A stretch of 64,000 nucleotides of DNA from an uncultured Raoultibacter sp. (GTDB taxonomy: Bacteria > Actinomycetota > Coriobacteriia > Coriobacteriales > Eggerthellaceae), in the NCBI GenBank assembly GCA_964345475.1, contig CAYFQW010000001.1:21043-85042 (forward strand), written 5' to 3'. The first letter of the stretch is position 1. Each line of letters opens with the position of its first letter. The notes beneath the pieces were generated by a model. It saw only the letters and a list, made by a program, of their open reading frames with translations. It was not told where the DNA came from and did no database searches. The position numbers and the translations under genes were made by a program. Of the stretch, positions 9,129 through 18,160 are shown one piece after another.

Positions 9129-10898
9129 ATGCCCAACAAGCTCCTGCGAGCAAAACATATAGACAGAGACAAAACAAAGTGTCACGAAAATGGCGCTGGG
9201 CAAGAAAAAGCTTTAGGTTCCGAGCTATCACACGAACCACCTCGCAAAACCCATATTCAGACAAAAGAGGGCGTGGAAGGTGTCGCTCTGGCACGCACTC
9301 CTTCCGTAGGCTCCTCCGCCCTCCTTATGAGCGCCTGTGTTATTGTTTCGCGGATAACAGGCTTCATCAGAACTTGGACGATGGCTTTTGCTCTGGGAGC
9401 TACTCTTCTCTCCAGCTCGTATCAGATAGCAAACAACCTTCCTTACATGCTGTATGAACTGGTTGCTGGGGGATTACTGGTCACCGCTTTTCTCCCTGTA
9501 TATCTTTCAGTAAAACGAAAACTGGGTGCAAAAGCATCTAACGACTTTGCATCGAGCCTCTTATCCATTGTTCTATTGTTCTTAGGCTTGATATCGATAC
9601 TCTGCATGCTATTCCCTTCGGTCGTTATCTACACTCAAAGCTTCTTGAGTGACCAGGGCGAAATGGGCCAAGCAGTATTCTTCTTTCAATTTTTCGCAAT
9701 TCAAATTATTTTCTATGGAGCAAGCGCCATCATGTCCGGTCTGTTGAATGCTAACCGGGACTATCTTTGGTCAAACCTTGCGCCAGCCTTCAATAACCTA
9801 ATAGTAATAAGCACTTTTTTTGCTTACTATTTCCTTGCGCCTTTCAATGCTGAACTCGCCCTGTACGTCATAGCCATCGGCAATCCTTTTGGCGTTGTTG
9901 TCCAGATGCTTATCCAGCTTCCCTCCGTGAGACGCAATGGCATACGCCTGCGCTTTCACATTAACTGGAAGGATCCTGCCCTGAAGGAGACGCTGAGTAT
10001 CGGCGTGCCTGCCTTCATCATCATGGTCTATTCTTTCGTGGTAACCTCGACACAAACGGCAGCTTCGTACAGCTTTGCAGAAAATGGGCCTTCCATTATA
10101 TTCTACGCCCGTATGTGGTTCACCCTCCCCTACTCGTTCCTCGTCGTTCCCCTTTCAACGGCCCTCTTCACCGAACTGGCATCGATGTATGCCGATAAGG
10201 ATATCGAAGGGGTTAAACGCGCCATCGTCTCAGGTTCGAATCAGATTATCTTCCTTATGATACCTTTCATGTTTTACTTGATAGTTTTTGCCTCTCCCCT
10301 CATTTCGCTCTATCACGCAGGGGCTTTTACTTCGGAGAACATACAAGAAGTTGCTATATATCTCAGCGTATTCGCGCTCGCTCTGCCTTTTTATGGCATT
10401 AATACCTACTTCCAAAGAGTGTTTAGCACCATGAGAAAGCTCAATGTTTTTGCGCTTGTGGGAAGCGCCTGCGCGCTTTTTCAAATCGCACTGACACTTA
10501 TCGCAGCAAGCCTTGCGAGCCAGGGAATCCTGCCTATTCCTATCTCAAGCATCGCCTTGGCTGAAATGCTTTTTTTTGTTATATGCGATGGCCTGCTCTT
10601 TATGTATCTCCGAAAATACTTTGGTCGCATGGGATTTCGTTCGACCTTGAAAGCTGCGGTTTCCGGGCTTGCTGTCGGGCTCATAGGAGCAGTGGTCGGA
10701 GCGGGGTTGCTTTATATACTCGAAAGATGTATAGCTCCTATCGATGGCAACATTCTAACTGCACTTGCCTATATCGTGATTGCAGGACTTGCCAGTATTT
10801 TTACAAGCTTTGGACTCGCCTTGAAATTCAAGGTTAAGGAAACAGCATTTATTGTACATCTCATTTCGACGATAAAAAGAAGGCTGGGACGTGCTTGA
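9129..10898 (+). CDS. murJ: Lipid II flippase MurJ (MviN)
   Basis: 589 aa and highly polytopic. SALLMSACVIVSRITGFIRTWTMAFALG matches the MurJ N-terminal signature. The basic N-terminal extension of about 60 aa makes the start uncertain. Confidence 0.85.
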   Translation: MPNKLLRAKHIDRDKTKCHENGAGQEKALGSELSHEPPRKTHIQTKEGVEGVALARTPSVGSSALLMSACVIVSRITGFIRTWTMAFALGATLLSSSYQIANNLPYMLYELVAGGLLVTAFLPVYLSVKRKLGAKASNDFASSLLSIVLLFLGLISILCMLFPSVVIYTQSFLSDQGEMGQAVFFFQFFAIQIIFYGASAIMSGLLNANRDYLWSNLAPAFNNLIVISTFFAYYFLAPFNAELALYVIAIGNPFGVVVQMLIQLPSVRRNGIRLRFHINWKDPALKETLSIGVPAFIIMVYSFVVTSTQTAASYSFAENGPSIIFYARMWFTLPYSFLVVPLSTALFTELASMYADKDIEGVKRAIVSGSNQIIFLMIPFMFYLIVFASPLISLYHAGAFTSENIQEVAIYLSVFALALPFYGINTYFQRVFSTMRKLNVFALVGSACALFQIALTLIAASLASQGILPIPISSIALAEMLFFVICDGLLFMYLRKYFGRMGFRSTLKAAVSGLAVGLIGAVVGAGLLYILERCIAPIDGNILTALAYIVIAGLASIFTSFGLALKFKVKETAFIVHLISTIKRRLGRA

Positions 10899-11610
10899 CG
10901 TCTACTTCTGCACCGCATCTCTCGATGGCAGAGACGGCTAGCACATCGAGGGCGTCAACGATTTCCATGCCCTCAATACATGAAGGAGCATCCAGGGCAG
11001 AAAGCTCGGTACATGCCAAAACAAGGGCTTCACAAGCTTCTTGTTCAAAATACTTCACAAGGGGCAAAAGCTTCTCAAAAGGCGGGACTGTCCCCCCTTT
11101 TATGTCTTTATAAATGATATCCGTAAGTAGCTGCTGGCCTTCTACGTCGGGAGCCACCGCCTCTATACCGACACGCCCAAACATATCCTGGTACAGACCT
11201 GTAGATATAGTTCCCTTTGTTGCTAGTATTCCGCATCGGTAGATTTTTTTCCGTTCGAGGTGATTCCTTGTCTCTTCGACCATATTGATGAGATGCGCTT
11301 TCTTCAAAACGCTGGAAATCTCCTCGTAGCGGGTGTGGGCAGTATTGCAGGTTAATGCAATCACTTCACAAGCCATCTCTTCGAGTTCGCGAGCAGTCTT
11401 TTGTAGGGGTTCAACAAAACAGTCCTGGGATTCGCCTGTTAAAAAGGCTGTCCTGTCAGGCGTTTGAGGGCGGCTTAAGATACAGATCTCGAGATGATCC
11501 TGATCTTTTTCAGCCTTCGTGAAATGTACTACACGTTCGAAGAAGCGTACGGTGGCCAAAGGGCCAAGACCGCCTATTACTCCTAATTTCTTTTTTGCAT
11601 GCGTGTTCAT
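10861..11610 (-). CDS. Aspartate racemase (Asp/Glu/hydantoin racemase family)
   Basis: 249 aa, LGVIGGLGPLAT, with two catalytic Cys motifs (LTCNTAH and LACTELS). Its ATG overlaps the map stop (ATGA at 11607-11610). Confidence 0.8.
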   Translation of the reverse strand: MNTHAKKKLGVIGGLGPLATVRFFERVVHFTKAEKDQDHLEICILSRPQTPDRTAFLTGESQDCFVEPLQKTARELEEMACEVIALTCNTAHTRYEEISSVLKKAHLINMVEETRNHLERKKIYRCGILATKGTISTGLYQDMFGRVGIEAVAPDVEGQQLLTDIIYKDIKGGTVPPFEKLLPLVKYFEQEACEALVLACTELSALDAPSCIEGMEIVDALDVLAVSAIERCGAEVDVKHVPAFFLSSK

Positions 11611-12380
11611 GATACCGGTCGACGATACCGCTCTTCTGTCGTAAGGATGACGGCACCCTCTTCAGTAATAGCTATTGTCTTTTCGAAATGAGCCGAATCC
11701 GAGCCATCTGCGGTACATACAAGCCAGCCGTCAGGCATGGGCTGTGTTTTATGGGTCCCTATATTAACCATAGGCTCTATGGCTAAAACCATACCGGCTT
11801 CAAGCTTAATTCCTGTGTTTCTTTTTCCGAAGTTTGGGACGTTAGGTTCTTCATGCATATTACGCCCGATGCCGTGGCCGACATATTCGCGTACCACCCC
11901 GTAGCCAGCTTCCTCTGCTATTTCTTGCACAGCGGCACCGATATCTCCCAGGCGATTTCCTACTCGCGCAGCGTCTAGGGCAGCCCACATGCATTGCTCG
12001 GTAACATCAAGAAGGCGTTGTTTTTCATCGGAAATTTTTCCAACTGGAAAGGTCCAGGCATTATCCCCTACCCAACCATTGACAATAGCTCCCGTGTCTA
12101 TCGAAATGATATCACCTTCTTGCAAAATAACATTCGCTGAAGGAATACCGTGAACAATCTCGTTGTTGAGAGAGGCACAAATAGAACCAGGAAAACCACC
12201 ATAGCCTTTAAATGCGGGAACTCCGCCTTCCAAACGAATGAGGGATTCCGCAATTTGATCGAGCTCTAACGTAGATATACCTGGCTGAACTCGCGAACCG
12301 ACTTCTCTCAAAACTCGCGCGGATAAACGTCCCGCCTCTTTCATAGCCTCAATCTCTGAGCGAGATTTCCTTATAATCAT
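11607..12380 (-). CDS. map: Methionine aminopeptidase, type I
   Basis: A MetAP fold is readable (ASLNNEIVHGIP...ISIDTG...HGIGRNMHEEP...AIEPM...AHFE). I use the start MIIRKSRSEI (ATG 12378-12380) rather than the ORF-track start at 12431. Confidence 0.93.
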   Translation of the reverse strand: MIIRKSRSEIEAMKEAGRLSARVLREVGSRVQPGISTLELDQIAESLIRLEGGVPAFKGYGGFPGSICASLNNEIVHGIPSANVILQEGDIISIDTGAIVNGWVGDNAWTFPVGKISDEKQRLLDVTEQCMWAALDAARVGNRLGDIGAAVQEIAEEAGYGVVREYVGHGIGRNMHEEPNVPNFGKRNTGIKLEAGMVLAIEPMVNIGTHKTQPMPDGWLVCTADGSDSAHFEKTIAITEEGAVILTTEERYRRPVS

Positions 12381-12479
12381 GCTTCTTGCGCCTTTCGTAT
12401 GCCCTCTATGTATTGCTTTGAAGTATACCACTAAACAAATAGCAAAAATTATTTCCGTACGACAAAGATGAGGATCCCT

Positions 12480-14312
12480 CTAAGCTAGGACAAAGTATTG
12501 CTCGTACCAGAGAAGAAATGCATATATGGTATATATCTTTCTATGGTTGTTCGCCTTTTCACTTTTGTGATCTTCCAATAGCTCTAATAGTTTTTCTTGA
12601 TTAAATATTTCACCCGTATACTCTTGCTCAAACAGTTCTTTTACCTGGGCATAGTGAACATCCTCTCGCAACCAGGCGCAGATAGGTACAGGAAATCCAA
12701 TCTTTTGACGTTGAGCCCATTCGCTCGGGATTTTTGTTAAGGCCGCCTCCCGAAAAGCTCGTTTAGACTTCTTCCCTTTGACACAATGCTCGCTCGGAAG
12801 AGTCCTCGCAAAGTTCCATACTGCCATGTCGAGATAGGGAGCACGAACCTCCAGAGAGTGGGCCATCGTCATGCGGTCTGCTTTAAGAAGAATATCGTAA
12901 GGAAGCCATACGTGCATATCAAAATACATTTTTTTATGTAAGTCATCCCAGTCTTGGGCCTGGTCAAAGTATGGCTTTGTAATATCCTGAAAGCGGATAT
13001 CGCTTCTATACGCATCGGATAAAACCTCATTCGCCTCTTCATTCCCCATGATATGCGACTGTCCCGTATAGGAGTCCTCAAAGGAATATGCATTACGCTC
13101 TATAAAACCCTGTCCTTTGAAATACGGCCTGTCTGAGGCCCATGAAGCAAGCTTCTTACGTAAGCTGAGCGGAAAAAGCTTATACACTTTATCTGAAACG
13201 CCCTCTAAGTACGTATCATATCCTCCGAATAGCTCATCAGCGCCTTCTCCTGAAAGGGCTATTCTTATGTCCTTCGATGCCATGCTTGAAAGGAAATAGA
13301 GAGGAACAGCCGATAGATTAGCATGAGGCTCATCAGAATAATATTGTATACGTGGCAAAGCTTCGAAAAATTCCTTGGAGCTTATGGTTCGACGCACGTT
13401 TTCCATCCCTAAAAGATTGCTGAGTTCATGTGCAAGTTCGGTTTCATCAAAGCCATCCATTCCAAACCCTATCGAATAGGTTTTCATGGGCTTTACGGAT
13501 GACGCGATATAGCTCGAATCTACACCGCCCGAAAGGAAGGACCCCGTCTTTGCATTACTCATTTGGTTGCGATCAACAGAATCTTGCACCAGCTGTTTTA
13601 TGCGCTCAACTGCCTCCTCAAAACTCATAGGCTCCTGCTTGTAATCGATCGCAAAGTAAGGCTTAGTTACAAACACCTCACCATCATAGGTAAAGTACGT
13701 CCCTGGTTTAAGCTTATACACGCCCTTAAACATAGTCTCTTCGTTCGGCGTGTATTGGAACATCAAATACAGCTTTAAAGCCTGCTTATTGAAGTTTTTT
13801 TCGAAGGAGGGGTGGGATAGAAAGGACTTTATCTCGGAGCCGAACAGAAAAGCGTCTCCCATTTTCGCGTAATTGAAAGGCTTGACACCAAAATAATCCC
13901 TTGCCCCATAAAGGCTGTGATCTTGTTTGTTGTATACAAGAAAAGCGAAGGACCCTTGAAGCTGAGCTGCTACTCCCTCCCCGTAGACCTTAAATGCGTG
14001 AGAGACTAGTTCGACGTCAGACCGGGACTGAAACTCAACACCGTGAAGCTCAACGAGATCCTTTCTTATGCTCTCATAATTGGAAATCGTGCCGTCAAAA
14101 ACTACTACATACAAGCCATCGGCACTATGGAAGGGCTGTGCTGCGTCTCCGGGCATGCCTGTGTCTAAATAGCGAAAATTCATCGCGATATGTGTATCCG
14201 TGTAAAACCCGGACCCATCGGGACCTCGGTGTTCAATACGCTGCCCCATGTCAGCAATGATCTCATCTTTGTTAGAAATATGTTCATCATAAAACCCTGT
14301 AAATCCGCTCAT
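12480..14312 (-). CDS. Asparagine synthetase B-family amidotransferase homologue with a degenerate glutaminase domain (candidate peptidoglycan amidating or ligating enzyme)
   Basis: 610 aa. The PP-loop SFLSGGVDSS is intact, but the N-terminus is MSGF (Ser in place of the Ntn Cys) and NGEIYN is replaced by DGTISN. An in-frame stop lies 10 codons upstream of the ATG, so no alternative N-terminus is available. Confidence 0.8.
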   Translation of the reverse strand: MSGFTGFYDEHISNKDEIIADMGQRIEHRGPDGSGFYTDTHIAMNFRYLDTGMPGDAAQPFHSADGLYVVVFDGTISNYESIRKDLVELHGVEFQSRSDVELVSHAFKVYGEGVAAQLQGSFAFLVYNKQDHSLYGARDYFGVKPFNYAKMGDAFLFGSEIKSFLSHPSFEKNFNKQALKLYLMFQYTPNEETMFKGVYKLKPGTYFTYDGEVFVTKPYFAIDYKQEPMSFEEAVERIKQLVQDSVDRNQMSNAKTGSFLSGGVDSSYIASSVKPMKTYSIGFGMDGFDETELAHELSNLLGMENVRRTISSKEFFEALPRIQYYSDEPHANLSAVPLYFLSSMASKDIRIALSGEGADELFGGYDTYLEGVSDKVYKLFPLSLRKKLASWASDRPYFKGQGFIERNAYSFEDSYTGQSHIMGNEEANEVLSDAYRSDIRFQDITKPYFDQAQDWDDLHKKMYFDMHVWLPYDILLKADRMTMAHSLEVRAPYLDMAVWNFARTLPSEHCVKGKKSKRAFREAALTKIPSEWAQRQKIGFPVPICAWLREDVHYAQVKELFEQEYTGEIFNQEKLLELLEDHKSEKANNHRKIYTIYAFLLWYEQYFVLA

Positions 14313-14389
14313 AGTGTATCTTTCTTCTCTTTGGACATGTTAATCCTCATAAACTCCCACTCGTTTGTCAGAGACCACACAAGGTCGTC

Positions 14390-15895
14390 TTAGCCGTGAT
14401 GGAGTTCATCGTATTCGTGTAAATACTTGCTTGCAAGTTCAGCATCCGCCGGCCGCTCAATGTACCGGTCCTTTATCTTCATGCGCGTTTCATGCCCCTT
14501 CCCAGCGAGCACTATCAGGGTTTTGCCCTGGATATGATTAAAAGCCTCTGCGACGGCTTCAGTCCTATCCTCAATAATAAGAAAAGGGCAATTTTCTTTT
14601 TTTACATGTACGGCTATTTGCTGGCATATGTCTCCCACATCCTCAAAGCCGGGTTCGTCCGCAGTCAGAATGACCTTATCGGCATAAGCTCCTGCCACCT
14701 GACCGAGCTCTTTTCTCCTTTGAATGGCTTTATCACCCACCGCACCGAATACAGCAATTATTCTGTACTCGGGGAACTCCGATTTTAGCGAAGAAAAAAG
14801 ATTTTCAAAGCTTAGCTTGTTATGAGCGTAATCGACAACCACGATAATATTTTCATCAAGGCTTCGATAAATTTCCATTCTTCCTTTAACCTTAGCCTCT
14901 TGTAAACCACTTTGTATAAACCCAATATCTATACTGCAAAAAGAAGCGGCGGCTACCGCTGCGAGCGCGTTATCAACATTGAACAAACCCGGCATAGGTA
15001 TTTCATATTTTTCGCCTCGGACGAAAAAACTACTTCCTTGCCCTGTTTTTTGGACATTATAAGCGAAATAATCAACCCCAGAATGCTCAGTGCTAAACAG
15101 AATCACATCATTTGCCTCTTGCGCCGACAACAGCACCCTATCGCGCTCAGCCGTTTCAAAATTGACTATCGCATGGTCCACCTGCGAAAACATTTTCATC
15201 TTTGCCGATAGATAGTCTTCGTAATCACTATGTTCTGCGGGGCTGATATGATCTTCAGAAAAATTGAGGAATATCCCTATGTCAAAGTGAAGCCCATCGA
15301 CCCGATGGTACTTCAACGCCTGACTCGTAACTTCCATGACCATGTATGAAACACCATTGTCGACAGAATTTGCAAGATGGCGGTATAGCTCGATTGCCTC
15401 AGGTGTCGTATTTTGTGATGTTTTCTCTGTTCTCCCATCAAAACTGCATATAGAAGAAAGGATTCCGCATGCAGGAAGCGACTGCGCGGCCAGCATCGCA
15501 TCGAAAATTGCTTTGATATAAAATGCCGTTGTCGTCTTCCCTTTGGTCCCCCCCACTCCGATCAAAGTCAGCTTGTTTTGCGGAGAGCAGAAATATGCAT
15601 CAGCTATGACGGGCATAACGGGACGTATGTCGTTCACAATCAGGTGTGGCAATCCCACTCCTTCATGCACACATTCACTCACGTAAGCGAGAGCACCTAA
15701 TTCTTTTGCCTCACGTAAATACTCTTCTTTAAATGCTCGTCCTTTACAAACAAAAAGTGTGCCTTCCTCCACGTCCCTTGAGTTATAGCAGAGGCCTCGA
15801 ACGGTCTCATGTGCCATATCAAACAGGTCTGCATCGATGAGAAAACCATGCTCTTGGAGGAGTTCTTTATACCTTTGTAAAGAAAAATATTCCAT
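14390..15895 (-). CDS. murE: UDP-MurNAc-L-Ala-D-Glu:diamino-acid ligase MurE (non-DAP type, probably L-Lys/L-Orn adding)
   Basis: 501 aa Mur ligase with GVGGTKGKTTT P-loop. The position of the DNPR motif reads DEPG (14648-14659), so the DAP-specifying Arg is absent. Confidence 0.85.
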   Translation of the reverse strand: MEYFSLQRYKELLQEHGFLIDADLFDMAHETVRGLCYNSRDVEEGTLFVCKGRAFKEEYLREAKELGALAYVSECVHEGVGLPHLIVNDIRPVMPVIADAYFCSPQNKLTLIGVGGTKGKTTTAFYIKAIFDAMLAAQSLPACGILSSICSFDGRTEKTSQNTTPEAIELYRHLANSVDNGVSYMVMEVTSQALKYHRVDGLHFDIGIFLNFSEDHISPAEHSDYEDYLSAKMKMFSQVDHAIVNFETAERDRVLLSAQEANDVILFSTEHSGVDYFAYNVQKTGQGSSFFVRGEKYEIPMPGLFNVDNALAAVAAASFCSIDIGFIQSGLQEAKVKGRMEIYRSLDENIIVVVDYAHNKLSFENLFSSLKSEFPEYRIIAVFGAVGDKAIQRRKELGQVAGAYADKVILTADEPGFEDVGDICQQIAVHVKKENCPFLIIEDRTEAVAEAFNHIQGKTLIVLAGKGHETRMKIKDRYIERPADAELASKYLHEYDELHHG

Positions 15896-16016
15896 ATTGC
15901 TCGACTTTCTGAACTGCTCAATTTATCTGTTCTTCACAAGCCGCTTGCGTGAATTCTTCGTAAGTCCTACAAACCCTAGCTAGTAAGAGATGCGCCACCA
16001 AAGCTCGTATGCTTCT

Positions 16017-17228
16017 TTAACTATAAAACTTTTTGTATTTCTTAAAATGCCCGAAATGGGTTCTGAGCAAACGATAGAGACGCCCAGGAGCAAGATCTCC
16101 TTTTAAGAAGACCGGATTGACAAACTTTTTCTTTTTTATAAGGTCTCGCATTTTTTCTTTCGTCTGCTTGTCCTTAACGTAAGAGAATGCTACAGACCGA
16201 GGTACAACCATCCAGAGATGTTCATTTTGAACAAAACTGAGCTCCTTTTTTCTTCCATATATAAGATCTTCGACAACGTATTCCACAATGTTGTAACCAG
16301 AACCGGTCACATAGTAATTGCTTCTTCCTTGCCGCGTATTTAACTCAAAGAATTTGAACTTTTTATCACGCTGATCGTACTTAATATCAAAATTTGAAAA
16401 TCCAACATACCCCATGCCTTCAAGCAATGCTCGGGTTTGCTCCAGGAGGTCCTCATTGAATTCCGTAATAATACACGCGTGGTTTCCAAGGCCTTTCGGC
16501 GTATGTTCTTCAAGAAGAACGTGTCCTAGGCACATCATTTCAACTTTGCCATCTTGGTTGGAATAAGAGGTAACTACGTACATAAATTCATCATTTCCAG
16601 GAATGGTGTCCTGAATGATAAGAGGATTCTCGTATCCAGCTGAATAAATCTTCTCGATAGTTTCTTCTAGCTCCTGGCGATTGTCGAGCAGATATACTTT
16701 TTTCTGCCCTTCGAACTCGTGCTCCCAATAGCTCGTGCTCTCCGATGCCTTCAGAATAACAGGATATGGAAAGCTCATTTCAAAGTTAAGGCCCATGTCT
16801 TGCGTATAAATTAACGTGTCGGGATATGAAATATTATTCTTTTCGCATAATTCGTAAAAGAAGTCTTTCCTCTGCAGCTCCTCCATAAGCCCGTATTCGG
16901 GATATGGGGCAACACACAGGGGGGGTAATTGATGTATGCACCTCTTGATTAACGAGACGTACCCATCACTGCAACCAAAAAGGATGATCTTCTTGTGAGG
17001 ATGTCTTTCTATGCAACGCCTAACGGTCCTTAACAAGCCCTCTTCGCTTTCAATATCTGGCACAGCTTCATAGACTGCAATCTTGCTGCCGTAGCTCGGG
17101 CCCGTAGGATATTTTCCAAATACGTAGGACTGAATGCCATACGCCTCATAAAAAGCCCTTGCAATGCTATATGTGTTGATGTCGCCACCTAGAACGATGG
17201 GAACGAAGTCGAGTTCTCTAAATCTCAT
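16017..17228 (-). CDS. ATP-grasp carboxylate-amine ligase, D-aspartate ligase (Aslfm)-like
   Basis: 403 aa. From memory, the N-terminus FVPIVLGGDINTYSIARAFYEAYG...GCSDGYV resembles the enterococcal D-Asp ligase family. ATP-grasp core. Co-oriented with murE and the aspartate racemase. Confidence 0.65.
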   Translation of the reverse strand: MRFRELDFVPIVLGGDINTYSIARAFYEAYGIQSYVFGKYPTGPSYGSKIAVYEAVPDIESEEGLLRTVRRCIERHPHKKIILFGCSDGYVSLIKRCIHQLPPLCVAPYPEYGLMEELQRKDFFYELCEKNNISYPDTLIYTQDMGLNFEMSFPYPVILKASESTSYWEHEFEGQKKVYLLDNRQELEETIEKIYSAGYENPLIIQDTIPGNDEFMYVVTSYSNQDGKVEMMCLGHVLLEEHTPKGLGNHACIITEFNEDLLEQTRALLEGMGYVGFSNFDIKYDQRDKKFKFFELNTRQGRSNYYVTGSGYNIVEYVVEDLIYGRKKELSFVQNEHLWMVVPRSVAFSYVKDKQTKEKMRDLIKKKKFVNPVFLKGDLAPGRLYRLLRTHFGHFKKYKKFYS

Positions 17229-17329
17229 CCTTACAAACCTTCCGCTTGCCTCTGCTAATTGTAATCTCCTGGGCTTTCTTTTGTACTAATTAATCAAAAA
17301 TCCGTATGGTTGAAGCATGCAAGAAATAT

Positions 17330-17357
17330 CAAAAAAGCGCCTCCTATGGAGACGCTT
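17330..17357 (-). terminator. Rho-independent terminator after rplA
   Basis: The minus strand reads AAGCGTCTCC-ATA-GGAGGCGCTT followed by TTTTGA (10-bp stem with one G:U pair), about 28 nt after the rplA stop. Confidence 0.75.
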
Positions 17358-17385
17358 CAAGATGTTAAGAATTACGTGCTTCTCC

Positions 17386-18093
17386 CTATTCAGCAGCTTG
17401 GCTGTAGTTGCGCACAACTGAAGAGTCAAGGGATATACCTGGGCTCATAGTAGAAGCAATGGTAATATTTTTTACGTAGCGACCCTTAGCCGCAGCAGGC
17501 TTCATACGAAGAATCTCGTCGTATACAGTACCGTAGTTCTCAGCTAGCTGTTCCGCAGAGAAGCTGGCTTTTCCAATAATTACATGCACAATGCCATAGC
17601 GATCTGCACGATACTCAACGCGGCCACCCTTGAGCTCATGTATTGCTTTTGCAACATCGTTCGTAACGGTTCCAAGTTTAGGATTGGGCATCAAGCCTCG
17701 TGTACCGAGAATTTTTCCTAATCTGCCAACTTTTGACATTTGATCGGGGGTTGCAACAGTTGCATCAAAGTCGAGCATGCCACCTTGAATATCAGCAATA
17801 AGATCTTCTGACCCAACGATGTCAGCCCCGGCATCTAAGGCCGCTCGAGCTGCATCTCCTTCTGCGAAGACAGCGACACGGACCGTCTTTCCTGACCCAT
17901 GAGGAAGTCCGACTGTTCCACGAAGTTGCTGGTCGGCTTTGCGGGTATCAATACCGAGACGAAAATGAGCCTCCACGGTCTCATCGAACTTAGCACATGC
18001 TACCTCTTTTAAAAGAGTGAATGCTTCAAGGGGTGCTAGTGTTTGGTCTCCGATTTTTTCATGTGCCGCTACATAGTTTTTAGATTTTTTCAT
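17386..18093 (-). CDS. rplA: 50S ribosomal protein L1
   Basis: Typical L1 sequence. Start MKKSKNYV (ATG 18091-18093, AAGGA RBS) rather than 18123. Confidence 0.97.
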   Translation of the reverse strand: MKKSKNYVAAHEKIGDQTLAPLEAFTLLKEVACAKFDETVEAHFRLGIDTRKADQQLRGTVGLPHGSGKTVRVAVFAEGDAARAALDAGADIVGSEDLIADIQGGMLDFDATVATPDQMSKVGRLGKILGTRGLMPNPKLGTVTNDVAKAIHELKGGRVEYRADRYGIVHVIIGKASFSAEQLAENYGTVYDEILRMKPAAAKGRYVKNITIASTMSPGISLDSSVVRNYSQAAE

Positions 18094-18160
18094 GATGTTC
18101 CTTTCGTGGTAATGACGAGCCACAGTAAGGCTCTTCCACTCCTATATACATAATGCTTTC

